DNA of 64,000 bases from Blepharisma stoltei ATCC 30299 (taxonomy: Eukaryota; Protista; Ciliophora), in assembly GCA_965603825.1 (NCBI GenBank), contig CBFDEM010000053.1:496001-560000 (forward strand), in the 5' to 3' direction. Below, piece by piece: positions 1 through 11,306 of the stretch. The notes under the pieces were generated by a model. The model ran no database searches. It worked only from the letters and a program-made list of their open reading frames with translations, and was not told where the DNA came from. The position numbers were made by a program, and so were the translations under genes. Each line of letters opens with the position of its first letter. Position 1 is the first letter of the stretch.

Positions 1-394
1 TTTTAACGATAGAAAAATCGTTTTCTATGCCTGACATAATGCAAGTTGATGATAAACAGTCAAGCCACTTATCCAACTTTTCTTTACAGGAAACATAAAA
101 ATCTTGTGAGTGTTCATCAAGGCCAAGTGTAAAGCCATATCTAATATTTTTATCGTTCTCTTCAGTAAAAGGTTGGACAAACTTTCACTCTATGGGAGAA
201 ACTTTTTTGTGTTCACTGTTTTTTATGAGCACTGATGTAGTCAATGTATAACTATTTTCTTTAAAAATCTGCTTTTTGGTAACTTCATATAAAGTTTCGG
301 TTAAAATTTCTTCGGTATCGGGCTGGTTGTATGGCATCCAAAATTTGAAATTGCCTTCTAGATTGCTGTCTATAGGAGTAAAAACTGATGACAT
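1..394 (-). CDS. 5' part of a PH-like domain protein, probably a PH-domain Ser/Thr kinase (runs off the left edge)
   Basis: ORF 185..394 continues through TGA=W to base 1: ...SPIEWKFVQPFTEENDKNIRYGFTLGLDEHSQDFYVSCKEKLDKWLDCLSSTCIMSGIENDFSIVK. 'YGFTL...DFY...LDKWL' resembles the end of a PH domain, and 'DFSIVK' resembles the start of a kinase domain. The kinase itself is outside the window. Confidence 0.6.
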
Positions 395-1333
395 TTATTT
401 ATATATCGTGTGAATTATTTACTGGTAAATATGGGTTAAAATTAAAGAAATGAAAATACTGATCGCCTTTATTTTTTTAGTTTATATTACTTTATTAGGT
501 TAGAGTATGCAATTATTAGTAATTTCTATGGCAAGTCACTTTAGAAAAAACAACAGTTAAAAAACAAGAATAAAAAAAAATTTTTGGTTTTCTTTAAAAT
601 TACTCGACTTTATATTCATGTTGTCGGTAATAACTTATGTGCTATAGGAGAGCATAGATTTCTGGTTTATTGGGGAATTTATTTATTGTCAACTCCCTCT
701 TTTCCAAATAGGTCAGTGAATACATTGAAAAAGAATTTCAAAAAAATTTCAGATGAATAACCGAAAGTTTCAAAGAAAATTTTATCGATGAGGATTAAAA
801 TCTGCTGAGATATTTTGGATGATAAGTTTAATAATTTTAATTTTATAAAATTAAGTTGCAAAGCACGATTTATCAATTTGCCACTCTACTTAAGATGGGA
901 ATTATAATTTTTATAGACTTATACTTGATTTGTTAACTCTGAAAATTTGTTAAGAACTTGATAAATGGCTTGAGATTAAAAGGTTAATTCATGAGTCTAT
1001 AAACATCGCAAATTATTATTTAGAAGATCAAAATAATAATAAAATCACATAGGAGAATCAGATTATTTATCAGAATATGAAAGCAGAGTTTCTGAATAAA
1101 TAACGGTATAATTATCATTCTAACCTAAGCTCATTCAATATAATATAAGATGATTTATAATACTAATCTATCATTTACTATAAAACTGTCCACTTGGTAG
1201 AAGAAAATATTACTGAATCCTACATAATTACTGATCCAAAACCAAAAGGGAATTTTATGAATAAAATTGAACTAAAATTCCTGACTTCAAGCAAAATATT
1301 TTATTATTTGTTATTGAGTTAATTTAATTTCTA

Positions 1334-1985
1334 TTAACAAAAGCATGAATCCCTTGGCTGTGGGTGATAACTAATTTTAGTCTTCACCTCTTTGCAATGC
1401 TTTTCCATTACAAGTGTGATCAATTTTTCAAACAAAGTAATAGCTCCTACCAGCCTATCGTCCTCTTTTAATGGATCTCACATTGATGAAGTCTCAAGAT
1501 AATACATGTTTTTCTTTTTTGCTCAATCAATTGCTTCTTGAATTGAAATTTCCCTTGGAAGATCAGATTTATTTCCAACCAAAATAATTGCACAATAATT
1601 CCCACATACCCTCCTTAGATCTCGATATCAATTGTCTAGCTCATTAAAGCTGTTTTTATCTGAAAGATCAAAAAAGACCAAAGCGCCATGGACTCTTTGG
1701 AAATGGCTATGTAACGATTACTGCAGGATTATTTGTCGATATTTGTTCTGTCCTGAAGTGTCTCACACTTGAAGACGAATGGTTTGGTTTGTTGGCTTGT
1801 GGACCCATATATAAGGGTGATATTCAAAGCCAAGTGTAGGATAATGTGGCCATGAAATTCGACTTCGAAGAAATTTGTGCAAAATGGTCGTCTTGCCTGT
1901 ATTTCTTGCGCCGATTATCAGAACTAGCATAGAGAATACCTTTAAAGTTTTCATTTATAGTTCCTTTTTCTTCATATGAGCTCAT
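1334..1985 (-). CDS. Divergent Rab-family small GTPase (2 tiny introns)
   Basis: After splicing 1924-1939 and 1707-1721 and reading TGA=W: MSSYEEKGTINENFKVLIIGARNTGKTT (G1), PTLG (G2), IRLQVWDTSGQ (G3), ILVGNKSDL (G4), YLETSS (G5), C-terminal SCFC* (CxC prenylation motif). Confidence 0.88.
1707..1721 (-). other. 15-nt spliceosomal intron GTAATCGTTACATAG
   Basis: GT..AG with an A six nt from the 3' end. Removing it deletes an in-frame TAA and restores the Rab reading frame (ILH-HFQRVHGALVFFD). Confidence 0.9.
1924..1939 (-). other. 16-nt intron GTATTCTCTATGCTAG
   Basis: Removing it joins the ATG at 1985 to give the canonical Rab start FKVLIIG. Confidence 0.8.
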
Positions 1986-2447
1986 CTATTCTAGATAGAT
2001 TTAATGTAATTAATAACTATCCATTTCATGTTTCATAATCAATGGAGAATTGAAATTAATAAATCATTTAATATATAAAAATATCTTTATTTTAATTATA
2101 GTAACTTTTGGCATGCCAATATTAAATCGATATGATGCAAAAGATTTTTGAAGAATTAATATGTCGCTATCTTTTATTAATTCAATAAAACTCTAGGTTA
2201 AAATTTGTAATTTAAGGAATTGAACTTTACTCAAAAATATTACTAATTAAAATTTAATTTATGTCAAAGTAAATAGCCTAAAACTTGTCAATAGTTTTGG
2301 CTAAAAAAAAATTTTGGATTCCTATATAAAGTAAAAAGAAGCTTCGATATTTATAATTGTGATAGAGCAATTTAATTTATATTTGCCAATAAAAAATTTT
2401 TAAATTGATCGGATACTGAATCCATTTCTTAATTTTGTAAAATCTAA

Positions 2448-3303
2448 ATGGAAACAAGCCTGGTATCTTCATCTCAAATAATTGATTCTCAAATACTCAC
2501 AAAGCTCTTACAATTAATTTCTAAAAATCATACTTTATCTAAGCTTCTGAACAAGCATTCCAATAAATCTAAAAAAGTTAGAAGGACTATTCACAGAAAA
2601 TCATCAAGCTTAGCTGACCTCAACTGTCCAGTTGACACCAAAATTTCAGTTGACATGGATATGACATTCTCAGTTCTAACTGAAACCTGTAAAAACAGGT
2701 TTAAACTTGAAGAATTTTCAAATTCCAAAACTTTTCATAACAGATCTCCTAGTCTGTATTCATTAGACCAATACTGGACTATGGATATTATTTTTCACTC
2801 ACTAATAGACAAATATAAAACAACTTCATGAACTCGGGATAATAAAGGTGAGCCAGAAGCTCACCGAGTAATTGTGAAACAATTGTGATTAGATTGCTAT
2901 GCATCTGATTCTCATTTTTGGTCTCTCTTAACTGATCCTATTGAAGGATTGATATGGGTAAACAGTGATAATTTTATAAAATGCTTGGAAAATTTGCAAG
3001 AGTCATCCAGCTGGAATATTTTTACTCCAAAAATATTTGCTAAAAAAAATAAGAAAAGCTTGAGAGTGCAAAGGCAACTATGTAAGAAATTATTTAGTTT
3101 TTTTCTTGCTAATTCAGTCTGAAAATCAAGCTGATTTAAATAAAGAAGCTTTAATTCAAGTATTCGACATGAGTGAAAAATCAGCAAAGCATCACTTGGA
3201 GATGCTTGCGAATATGATGCTAAAGAAATGTGGTGAAAATGTCGAAAAAATCAGTTTTCAGAAATTCTTGGATATCATTATCAAAACCACATACAAAAAT
3301 TAA
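2448..3303 (+). CDS. Hypothetical protein, possibly with a degenerate EF-hand-like C-terminus (one 16-nt intron)
   Basis: The frame from 2448 stays open through TGA codons to 3081. Intron 3082-3097 joins it to the frame of ORF 3106..3303, ending ...EKISFQKFLDIIIKTTYKN*. Confidence 0.6.
3082..3097 (+). other. 16-nt intron GTAAGAAATTATTTAG
   Basis: GTAAG donor, TAG acceptor, A at -6. Removing it links two long ORFs in different frames. Confidence 0.7.
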
Positions 3304-3723
3304 GTGTAAATTTAATTAAATATAATTTAATCAATAATGATAGTGTAATTTAAATATTTATATTGCAATTTAGTATATGAAATCTTTAAAACATTTATCT
3401 TTTATTTATTTTCATTTGTGGAATTAATTAAAACAACCATTTTAGCTTTCCAGATGTCTTATCGGTATGAAAAGTAAATAAATTACAAATTGTAGAGACA
3501 GCAGACTAAATTAAGTCATTAATTATTTTTGTATCAGCCTAAAATAAATTCATTAAAATTGAGAATGAAGGGAGACTTCGTTGCCATTTTCAAACTTAAA
3601 ATTTGACTCTCCTTATTTTTATTTTCTGCTCGAATCTTCACATTAACTATATTTTAATAATAATTTATTTCTCCTGCAAAATCTAATCATTACTGATAAG
3701 CCAGTTATGATATATATACAATA

Positions 3724-5910
3724 ATGGACCCATTAGATAAGGTACAATTCACATAGGAAATCCTTGACCACTTTCCTCTTTCTGTATCCCCTAAGTCAAG
3801 TTCACAATCTTTTTTTGGCTTTGCCAGATACAGTGTCTACCGTAACTCAGCTGAAACAGCTGATTCTTCACCTTGCAGTGAACCAAAATTTAAAAGCTCA
3901 TTAGGCGAGTTCTCATCCTCTATTATAAACCTTCACCGCTGTGACTCTCCAAGTGTTTACAGTGAAATAAGCCCAGAACCAGCATCCGCCTGAATAGAAA
4001 AAATTATAGACTCCTGTAAGTGTGGGAATGTTGACCTTTTATTAAGCACCATCGAGGAATACCAAAAAGAGAAAGCTTTAAATTTAAATTCAGAAGACGT
4101 CGGAGACTTAATTAATTCTCCGCTTATAAATAATTGGTGTGCGATCCACTATGTCTGCCAAGATGGAAAAGCTAATGTCTTAAAAGAATTGTTAAAACTG
4201 GGAGCCAATTGCAATATAGAGACTGCAGATGGCTGGACTCCTTTGCAATTATCTTGTGATAATTGCTATTTCCCATGTGTAGAGCTTTTATTAAACCACC
4301 CAGGGATCCAAATAAATAAACTGACAATTTTAGGATCTGCTTTGCATATTGCATGTGAAAAAGGCTATACAAAAATAGTTAGGTTACTTTTAGAAAATAA
4401 AGCATCAATTTCTTTAGAAAATGCACAAGGAAAAAATCCATTAGAGCTTGCTACAAAGCAAAGAATTCTTGAATTAATCCCTCAATACTCAGGCAACGAA
4501 TTATTGCATAAATATTCTAAAATAAGCTCTGAGGATAAGCCTCCAAGTTTTAGTGGAGAAGTCTACTGAACTAACCCATGGCAAATAAATGATAAACTTA
4601 TATTTTTATTTCTTGATACTCAAGAAGGAAGTTTGAAACATTACAATCAGCGATCAACTTATATAGACTCTTTGCCTCCAGACATCTCAATACAAATTAA
4701 AGATATCCAAGATATCAGACCAGTTTCAAATACTCACAATGATCAAAGATACTACTTTTCTATAGAAACAAGAGAAAAGCCCATCAAATATTACTGTAAA
4801 TATTCTGATATGGCCAATGTTTGAATAAAACAAATTCAAGAAGCTGTGCAATATTTCCAATTAAAAGGCTTTGATAATGGGTCCAAAGAAGAAAATAAAA
4901 ACATTTTAAATAGAGCATGCACACATTTTGAGGAAAATGCAGATGAAAACTCAGATATAGAAGAGGATGGACAGTCAGTAGGGTTTAATAGTTTTGATAT
5001 CATTGAAGAACTTGGAAATGGAAGCTTTGGGCAGGTGTTTAAGGTCAGGAAAAAGAACGATGGAGAAATTTATGCCTTGAAAGTGCTTAATAAAAGCTCA
5101 TTAAAAAGGCATAACCAGCTAAAATATGCTATAGCTGAATGCAAAATATTAAAATCGAGCAAAAATCCATTTATTATTAAGCTGCATTGGGCTTTCCAAA
5201 CACCAAAAAACCTTTATATGGCGCTTCAGTATTGTGGAAATGGTGATTTAGAGCAATTGATAGAAAATAAAAGATATTTAAATGAAAAAGAGGCACAGTT
5301 TTATATAGCTGAAGCCATATTAGCGATTGAATATCTGCATTCAGTTAACATTGTTTATAGAGACTTAAAGCCTCAAAATATTCTTCTTGATGAAGATGGA
5401 CATATAAGGCTAGCTGATTTTGGCTTAGCAAAGGAAAATATATCAAAGTGAAACCCTGCCATGACATTTTGTGGGTCTCCAGCATATTTAGCACCAGAAC
5501 TATTATCAAAGAATGGAGCCTGAAAGCCAGCCGATATCTATTCAATTGGCGTAAACCTCTATGAAATGCTGGTAGGGCATCTTCCATTTAACGAGCAAGA
5601 TGTCAGTAAAATTTACAAGCAGATTTCATCTGGCAAATTAAGGTTTCCAAAAAACATCTCCTCTGATGCAAAGCATCTTATTCAAAGTTTAATGCATAAA
5701 AACCCTGAAAAAAGACCAACAATTTCTCAAGTTAAACAGCATCGCTTTTTCTGCGATATTAACTGGGATTTGCTTAGTAAGAAAAAAATAAATCCACCTT
5801 TAGACCCAAGCTTGTTTTCCTATAAATCTGCTCAAGAGATCTGTGATGTAGTTTTTGTTGACTGTGATTACGAGTCTGTTGACGTGTTTAACGAGGATTA
5901 TGAAAGATAA
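3724..5910 (+). CDS. Ankyrin-repeat + PH-domain + AGC-family Ser/Thr kinase (one 15-nt intron)
   Basis: ORFs 4189, 4633, 4846 and 5566 share one frame and are separated only by TGA. Ankyrin repeats (GWTPLQLSC, GSALHIACEKG, GKNPLELA), a PH-like region, kinase motifs GNGSFG, YALK, YRDLKPQN, DFG, FCGSPAYLAPE, and an AGC tail (FFCDINWDLL...PP). Confidence 0.92.
3742..3756 (+). other. 15-nt intron GTACAATTCACATAG
   Basis: Follows ATG GAC CCA TTA GAT AAG. Its terminal TAG is an in-frame stop unless spliced. Confidence 0.8.
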
Positions 5911-5936
5911 GTTTTTCATAAGAAATTAATTATTCA

Positions 5937-7136
5937 TTAAACACTAAATTTCCAAGAATAACCTATATGAGTTTCTCTAAATTCTAGCACCTCTGGCACA
6001 TCTTCAAATGCTTTCGAAATTTCTTCCCATGTCACTGGTATCTGGACATTTCGCTTTCCCACGTCTTTTGACTTGCCTTCTAGCTTAGCAAATCCAAAAG
6101 AATTTAAATTATTAAGCATCTCCATAAATTCTTGCCATGGGAGCGCTTCACCACCTCTTCCGCAAATAGCTCGTGAATAGGCTGAATGAAGCTGTGAAGT
6201 TGTGATATTTTTATTTGATCCATCATTAGCTTTTTTCGCTGATAAGTCTTCAATTAATCTTTTGCATATAACAACTGCAGATTTTTGAAGTTGAGGCAGA
6301 TGTTTTAATTCATTGATATTGGAATTTCATTTCGTGGCTGTTTTTATAGTATTCGTTAGGTCAATTTTTCCATCTCTCATAGCATTTTTGCAAATATCAA
6401 GAGCTTGCCTTACATCTCCTAATTTTTCGACTTGCCTGGCACAAAATTCCATAGCACGGCTATCTTTTTCACCAGAAATGTTGTGTGTCATAATATTAAG
6501 CAGTTGATCTTTTGAGTAAGGAGGGAAAACAATTATTTCTGGCATGCATGATCGACTATCAAGCTCAGGCATTAAAAGATCAGGCATTCCGACTAGATTT
6601 GATATAGAGACTAATAAAATTTTTCCATTAGTTCGCTTTGGGAGCATAAAAAGCTTTATCACTTGCTCTTTGGTTCATCGGTGGATCAAACTTTCAAATT
6701 CGTCAATTATCAATAAAATGTGGTGGGAAAGGGATTTAATGACATCAATAAGATTGGATTCTAACAGAGCAGGTTTTGATTTAGGTTTTTTTGGAAATTC
6801 GTTAGAAATGTGCTTCCAAAAATCAGTAAAGCTGGCTATTTCCATAGCATTCAAAGAAATTATAAACTTGAAGCGTGATTTTTTTCTTCGTTTTAGTTCC
6901 TCAATAATTTTCTCAATTGTGAATGTTTTCCCTGTTCCAGGTTTTCCGCAGATATAAAGATTTAGGGAATTTTTTGGATCTTCATCATCATCCTCCACAA
7001 AATCAATAATTTTAATAAAAATTTTGTTGTAAAGATCGTCTCTCCCAAGCAGCTGCTGCTGCGGTAATTCGATTTCTTTAGTTTCGTTGTTCTCTAATTT
7101 CATCTTTTTAGAGCTTGATAATTGTCGTTCCGCCAT
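5937..7136 (-). CDS. CDC6: Cdc6/Orc1-family AAA+ replication initiator
   Basis: Three ORFs join through TGA=W. Walker A LYICGKPGTGKT, Walker B LLIIDEFE, sensor I LVSISN, 'FPPYSKDQL', 'GDVRQALDIC', and a C-terminal winged-helix-like region. Confidence 0.88.
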
Positions 7137-7319
7137 AATATTTTACTAATTAATTATCTAAGCAAAAGAAATTAAGTAAAAATAAAGAAATAATTTTATG
7201 ATGAAGACTTTAAGTTTTTCTTTATAAATGCTTTGAAGCTTCATTCATTTCGAAGGTTTAAACCATTTCATTAATTTATATTGCAAAATAAATTAATAAA
7301 TTAGCTAAATCAAGACCTA

Positions 7320-8291
7320 TTACATAGAAATAGTTTGCCATCTGTCTAGATCTCTTATTCGAACGCAGCAGCCTTTCGATGTTTCATCTTCATTCATGCA
7401 GCAAGACCAAGCTTCTTTTTCTAAATCTTCATTCATAACCCACGCTCCATCATGAAAATATTCTTTCGTTTTCCTCGTTTTTAGTGTTTTTCCTAGTGCA
7501 GGCTTAAAGGTTTCATCATGAATTTCAACCTTCGCAATCTCAGCTTGTCTCTGTTTAATTTTATATTTTTCCACCATCTTAAACACCCCAGCTGCAGTTT
7601 TTTCTTTGCTTGATCCAGGACATTCATATAAATACTCTTGCCTTATTTTATTCCTAAGTTCTTCCTCTTGGTTTTTTATATCCCTTAATTTTTCATTCAA
7701 AATTGTTTGACCTTCATCAGGCTTCACATATCCTTTAATTTGAAGCAATTTCTTATTTTTTTTGGCTGTTTCTTGCATTGATTCTTGTGTTCTGTGTAAA
7801 AGTTACAATTTTTGATTATTTTTATTAGATTCGCGAATATTGAATTCTGTGCTCACATTTCAATTGGTATAGTTATTACGTGTTTCAGTCCCTGACCACA
7901 TTTTATTGCTTTTTGTTTTATTTGCTTCGGGCTCGTTAAAATCGCGAAGGCCTTGCCTAATTTCGAATTTTTTCTTTTCAAGAGGAATTTGGTCTGAATA
8001 ATATTTTGTGCGATCCACATAAGTGCTACGGTTTCAGGCTTGCTTTTTGAGGCAAAGAATATCAAGTGCTATGAATTCTTTGATTTCTTCAACAACTTGC
8101 TTAGCTTTTGGAGGAACAAGATCTGGGTCGAATGCTTTCATGTCTGGCAGGTAATTAACCGTTCCAGATTTTGCGCTTCCAACGATATTTTTTATTCTTT
8201 TTTCGGAAGAGGATTGAAGGCTCCTTGATTGTTGAATAATTGGATGGATATCAGGTAAAGAAGATTGCCTAGTTGGATGACTAGTTGTCAT
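7320..8291 (-). CDS. Coiled-coil protein with a C-terminal Btk-motif-like zinc finger (one 15-nt intron)
   Basis: One frame via TGA=W and intron 7792-7806. The C-terminus YFHDGAW...AWSCCMNEDETSKGC has H..CC..C spacing. Confidence 0.7.
7792..7806 (-). other. 15-nt intron GTAACTTTTACACAG
   Basis: Removes the only in-frame TAA between two in-frame coding segments. A at -6. Confidence 0.85.
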
Positions 8292-8770
8292 GTAACTGAG
8301 AATATGGAATTTAGAAGAAAAGGGAGGAGAAAAATCTAATAGACCACCAAAAATGAATTATAATGAAAATTTCACAGTTGAAAACTATAGAAAAATTAAG
8401 AATTTTTCAATAGAAATAATTTTTAACCCATAAAAATATTTTTCTAATGGTTGCTTTACTGAATTTTAGACATAAATATAGGCGAAAACTATACAGGTTT
8501 AGCTGGAAAGTTATTTTTTTATGCATCTAAAAGTATGTCTCAAGGTTTATTTTGAGATATATCGTTCCTGTGCTAATTTCTAGATATATTTCTCTGATTT
8601 CTGAGCTGCCAGAAGTTAAAAGCCAAAAGCTTTCAATTGAAAAGGGTTTATAAAGCATATATCTTAACTATAAAAATCTATGGATATTATTGGTTTTACT
8701 AAAGCATGTATTATTCCAATAAATATTATAACCCAATTTATAAAGTAATTTTTTTACAGCTTATGCTTTT

Positions 8771-9487
8771 TTAATAGTCTTTCCCTTCATTTTCTAAAGG
8801 TTTTCTAACTAATCGTTTTCCTTTTCTCAACACATATGTTCTCAATCCTTGTGGATCAAGCAAATCTTGAGCATCACTATGATTAAAGCACGCTAAAAAC
8901 TCATCTAATTCAATTTCTTCACAACTCTCTGGGTCTTTGCCTAAAAATTTCCGTAAAACTGATCCTAAAGCTTTTTCTTTACTTACTCTGATTTTTTCTG
9001 TATAGCTGGTAATCTCTTTTTCATACATAGGAACTAAATTTGATTCGTGACATAAAATGGGTATAAAATCAATAGCGTTCATAAGCAAAATCTTTATCAT
9101 TATTTCAACGCTTTCTCTGGTTATAGTTTTTCTGTTTGAAGAATCAAATATTTCAAATAAAAGCTTAGCTTTCTCCTTCGGTTTGCCATCACTTAAACAA
9201 ATCCCAAGCATTAATAATGCTTTGAAATCATAATTACCGTCATCTAGCTTGAATTTCTCATAGAAATCTTCAATATGTGGACATTCATGGGTGTTTCTTG
9301 CTTTTAGCCTCAAGTGGACCATGATTTCTTGCATTTGTCGGCTGTTAATGGTTCCGTTTGAAGCATATTTTCTGAACATTAAATCAATTAGCTTGCAAGT
9401 GCAATTGCTATATCCTAAGTATCTTTCAACTGAAATGATAGCTATTTCTTCCTCACTTAAATCTTCTCTGCTTGTAGAACAGCCCAT
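8771..9487 (-). CDS. N-myristoylated/palmitoylated EF-hand protein (calcineurin-B/NCS-like)
   Basis: MGC N-terminus, 'EKAKLLFEIFDSSNRKTITRESV' EF-hand-like segment, further degenerate EF hands. Confidence 0.75.
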   Translation of the reverse strand: MGCSTSREDLSEEEIAIISVERYLGYSNCTCKLIDLMFRKYASNGTINSRQMQEIMVHLRLKARNTHECPHIEDFYEKFKLDDGNYDFKALLMLGICLSDGKPKEKAKLLFEIFDSSNRKTITRESVEIMIKILLMNAIDFIPILCHESNLVPMYEKEITSYTEKIRVSKEKALGSVLRKFLGKDPESCEEIELDEFLACFNHSDAQDLLDPQGLRTYVLRKGKRLVRKPLENEGKDY

Positions 9488-9502
9488 TTATAAATAAATC
9501 TG

Positions 9503-9880
9503 TTATTCAATATTTTTATTATCATCGCTTTCTTCAGATTCTTTTAACTGATTTTCTTCTTTTTGTAGCCTTCTACGCCTCTGCCTATCTTTTTGCTTCT
9601 TAATCTTTTCAATTTTTATCCCTTTTTTGCTTTCAGCACCATATAATTGGAATTCAATTTTTTCCTCAAGCCTTTTGTAAGCGATTTCTCTATTCTCATA
9701 GAGCTGCCTAGAATCGTGAGCTTTTACCATGATTCCTGTAGGGATATGCTTTAAGCACACGCAATTAGTGGATTTATTTACTTTTTGACCTCCAGGTCCT
9801 CATCCTCTCGTTAAAGTTTCTTTTACATCTGTAGGGTTAAGTGTGAACTTGCCAAAAGATCTGTATAAAAGTCTTAGCAT
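9503..9880 (-). CDS. Mitochondrial-type class I peptide release/ribosome rescue factor (C12orf65/MTRFR-like, RF-1 domain)
   Basis: MLRLLYRSFGKF presequence-like start, then [26 protein letters not shown] (W is a TGA codon), HDSRQLYENREIA, and a basic C-terminal tail. Confidence 0.88.
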
Positions 9881-9910
9881 AATCTTTAAACCTTCTATTA
9901 AGTATATTAA

Positions 9911-9928
9911 ATATGCAATTTTGCATAT
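9911..9928. promoter_or_regulatory. Inverted repeat ATATGCAA-TT-TTGCATAT in a 56-bp divergent intergenic region
   Basis: Lies between the divergent ATGs at 9880 and 9937. Function is inferred only. Confidence 0.4.
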
Positions 9929-9936
9929 AGTTTATT

Positions 9937-10968
9937 ATGATGACAAATATCAAGGATGAGCCTCTCTTGCTTCGTAAATTCAAAGATATAAACTACTTCA
10001 CAACTGACGAAGAATTCCAAAGCTTCCCAGAGAACAAGCTTCCATTTCTGAAAAGAATTGTATGCTCATGAAAATGAATAGTTCTCTTTTTTACAATGAT
10101 CTCACAGCAATTCTTTTTCTTATCAGCCATAAAATCTGCTAAAGGAAAAAGCTTAGTTTTAGGCTTTTTTCTTCTTATATTGATGACAATTATTATCTGG
10201 ATCTTAGGCATAAAGTCAAAAACTGCTCCACAGAAAAAGAGCCTTGTTTTCTTAGGAATAATTGATGTGACTTATTTATTTATAGTCTTATCAACTGCTG
10301 CTAACATTTCACCTATATTTTTGGCAGCCTTATTGCAAATTTCTATTCTTTTTAGGATGTTTTTGATGAAATTTACACAATATCATCCATTTTTACTTAC
10401 ACATTATTTAGCTGGAATAATTATTATTGTTAGCGTTTCGGTGAATTACGGGTATAATGGGAATGATTATTCATATTTGCTATTATTAGGGATTTTGCTA
10501 CAAACGACAAGTGCTGTGTTCAAAATAAGCTATTTAAGGAAAAATATAGCTGAAGAGATAGCAGTCAATAAAGTCACCTTATTGTCTTCCACGGTATTTG
10601 GAGGGGCATTTTTACCGCTTGTTTTAGCAATGCAAGGAATTTCTATTGGAGACCACTTGAATGAAGGTTTTAAATGTATGGTAGGGATTGGTTGTGACTT
10701 ATTGCCAGTTTTCATTTTTTGTTTAGGGATCAGTGTAGCAGCTCATCATTATATGCTAAATAATGGAAAGGAATTTAAAGAGGGCCAAAGAGTCGTACAT
10801 ATGATGAGTGGCCTTTTAACACTAGTTGGTTTTTCCTTATCTGGAGTTTTATTTGACGATTTTTCAACTGAACTTGTAGAAGTTTTGACTGGTATTATTG
10901 CTGCATTTGGCTGCTCTGTGTATTATTTTTATCCAGAAGTTCCAATTAAATTTAGTTATTCGAATTAG
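9937..10968 (+). CDS. CRT-like (chloroquine-resistance-transporter-like, DMT superfamily) multi-pass transporter
   Basis: ATG 9937 is in frame with ORF 10096 via two TGA codons. About 10 hydrophobic segments; 'AALLQISILFRMFL', 'HYLAGIIII' and the Cys-containing loop 'EGFKCMVGIGC' resemble CRT/CLT proteins. Confidence 0.65.
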
Positions 10969-10994
10969 TTTCTAATAAAATTGCCATTTTTGTA

Positions 10995-11306
10995 ATGAAT
11001 TTATCTTGGAGTTGTTGCCTGGGTTTTAACAAAAAGAAGGATGGAGAATCAAGAATCACGCCAAAGACTGATACCGTTTCAAATCGAAATTGAGTTGATT
11101 TGGATAATAATGAGAGAAACAAAGAAAAGATTGCAAAACTAAGGAGAAGTATAAGAGAAAGCCTTGAAAAGCAGTTAAATGAGCAAATCCCAAGAAGGCC
11201 TTCAAAAGATTTAAATAAAAGCAAAGAAATATTTCCACTTTATACGGAAATGGATGGGAAATATGTAGATGACGGAAAGAAAATTGAAATTTTATTTTTA
11301 CAATAA
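10995..11306 (+). CDS. Small hypothetical protein with N-terminal CC (possible palmitoylation)
   Basis: MNLSWSCCLGFNKKK... continues via one TGA into ORF 11100..11306. Confidence 0.55.

Noticed and set aside
9503-9880. Release factor as an explanation for the UGA reassignment
   Set aside because: It is a small bacterial-type GGQ rescue factor with a mitochondrial-like presequence and no codon-recognition domain, not eRF1.
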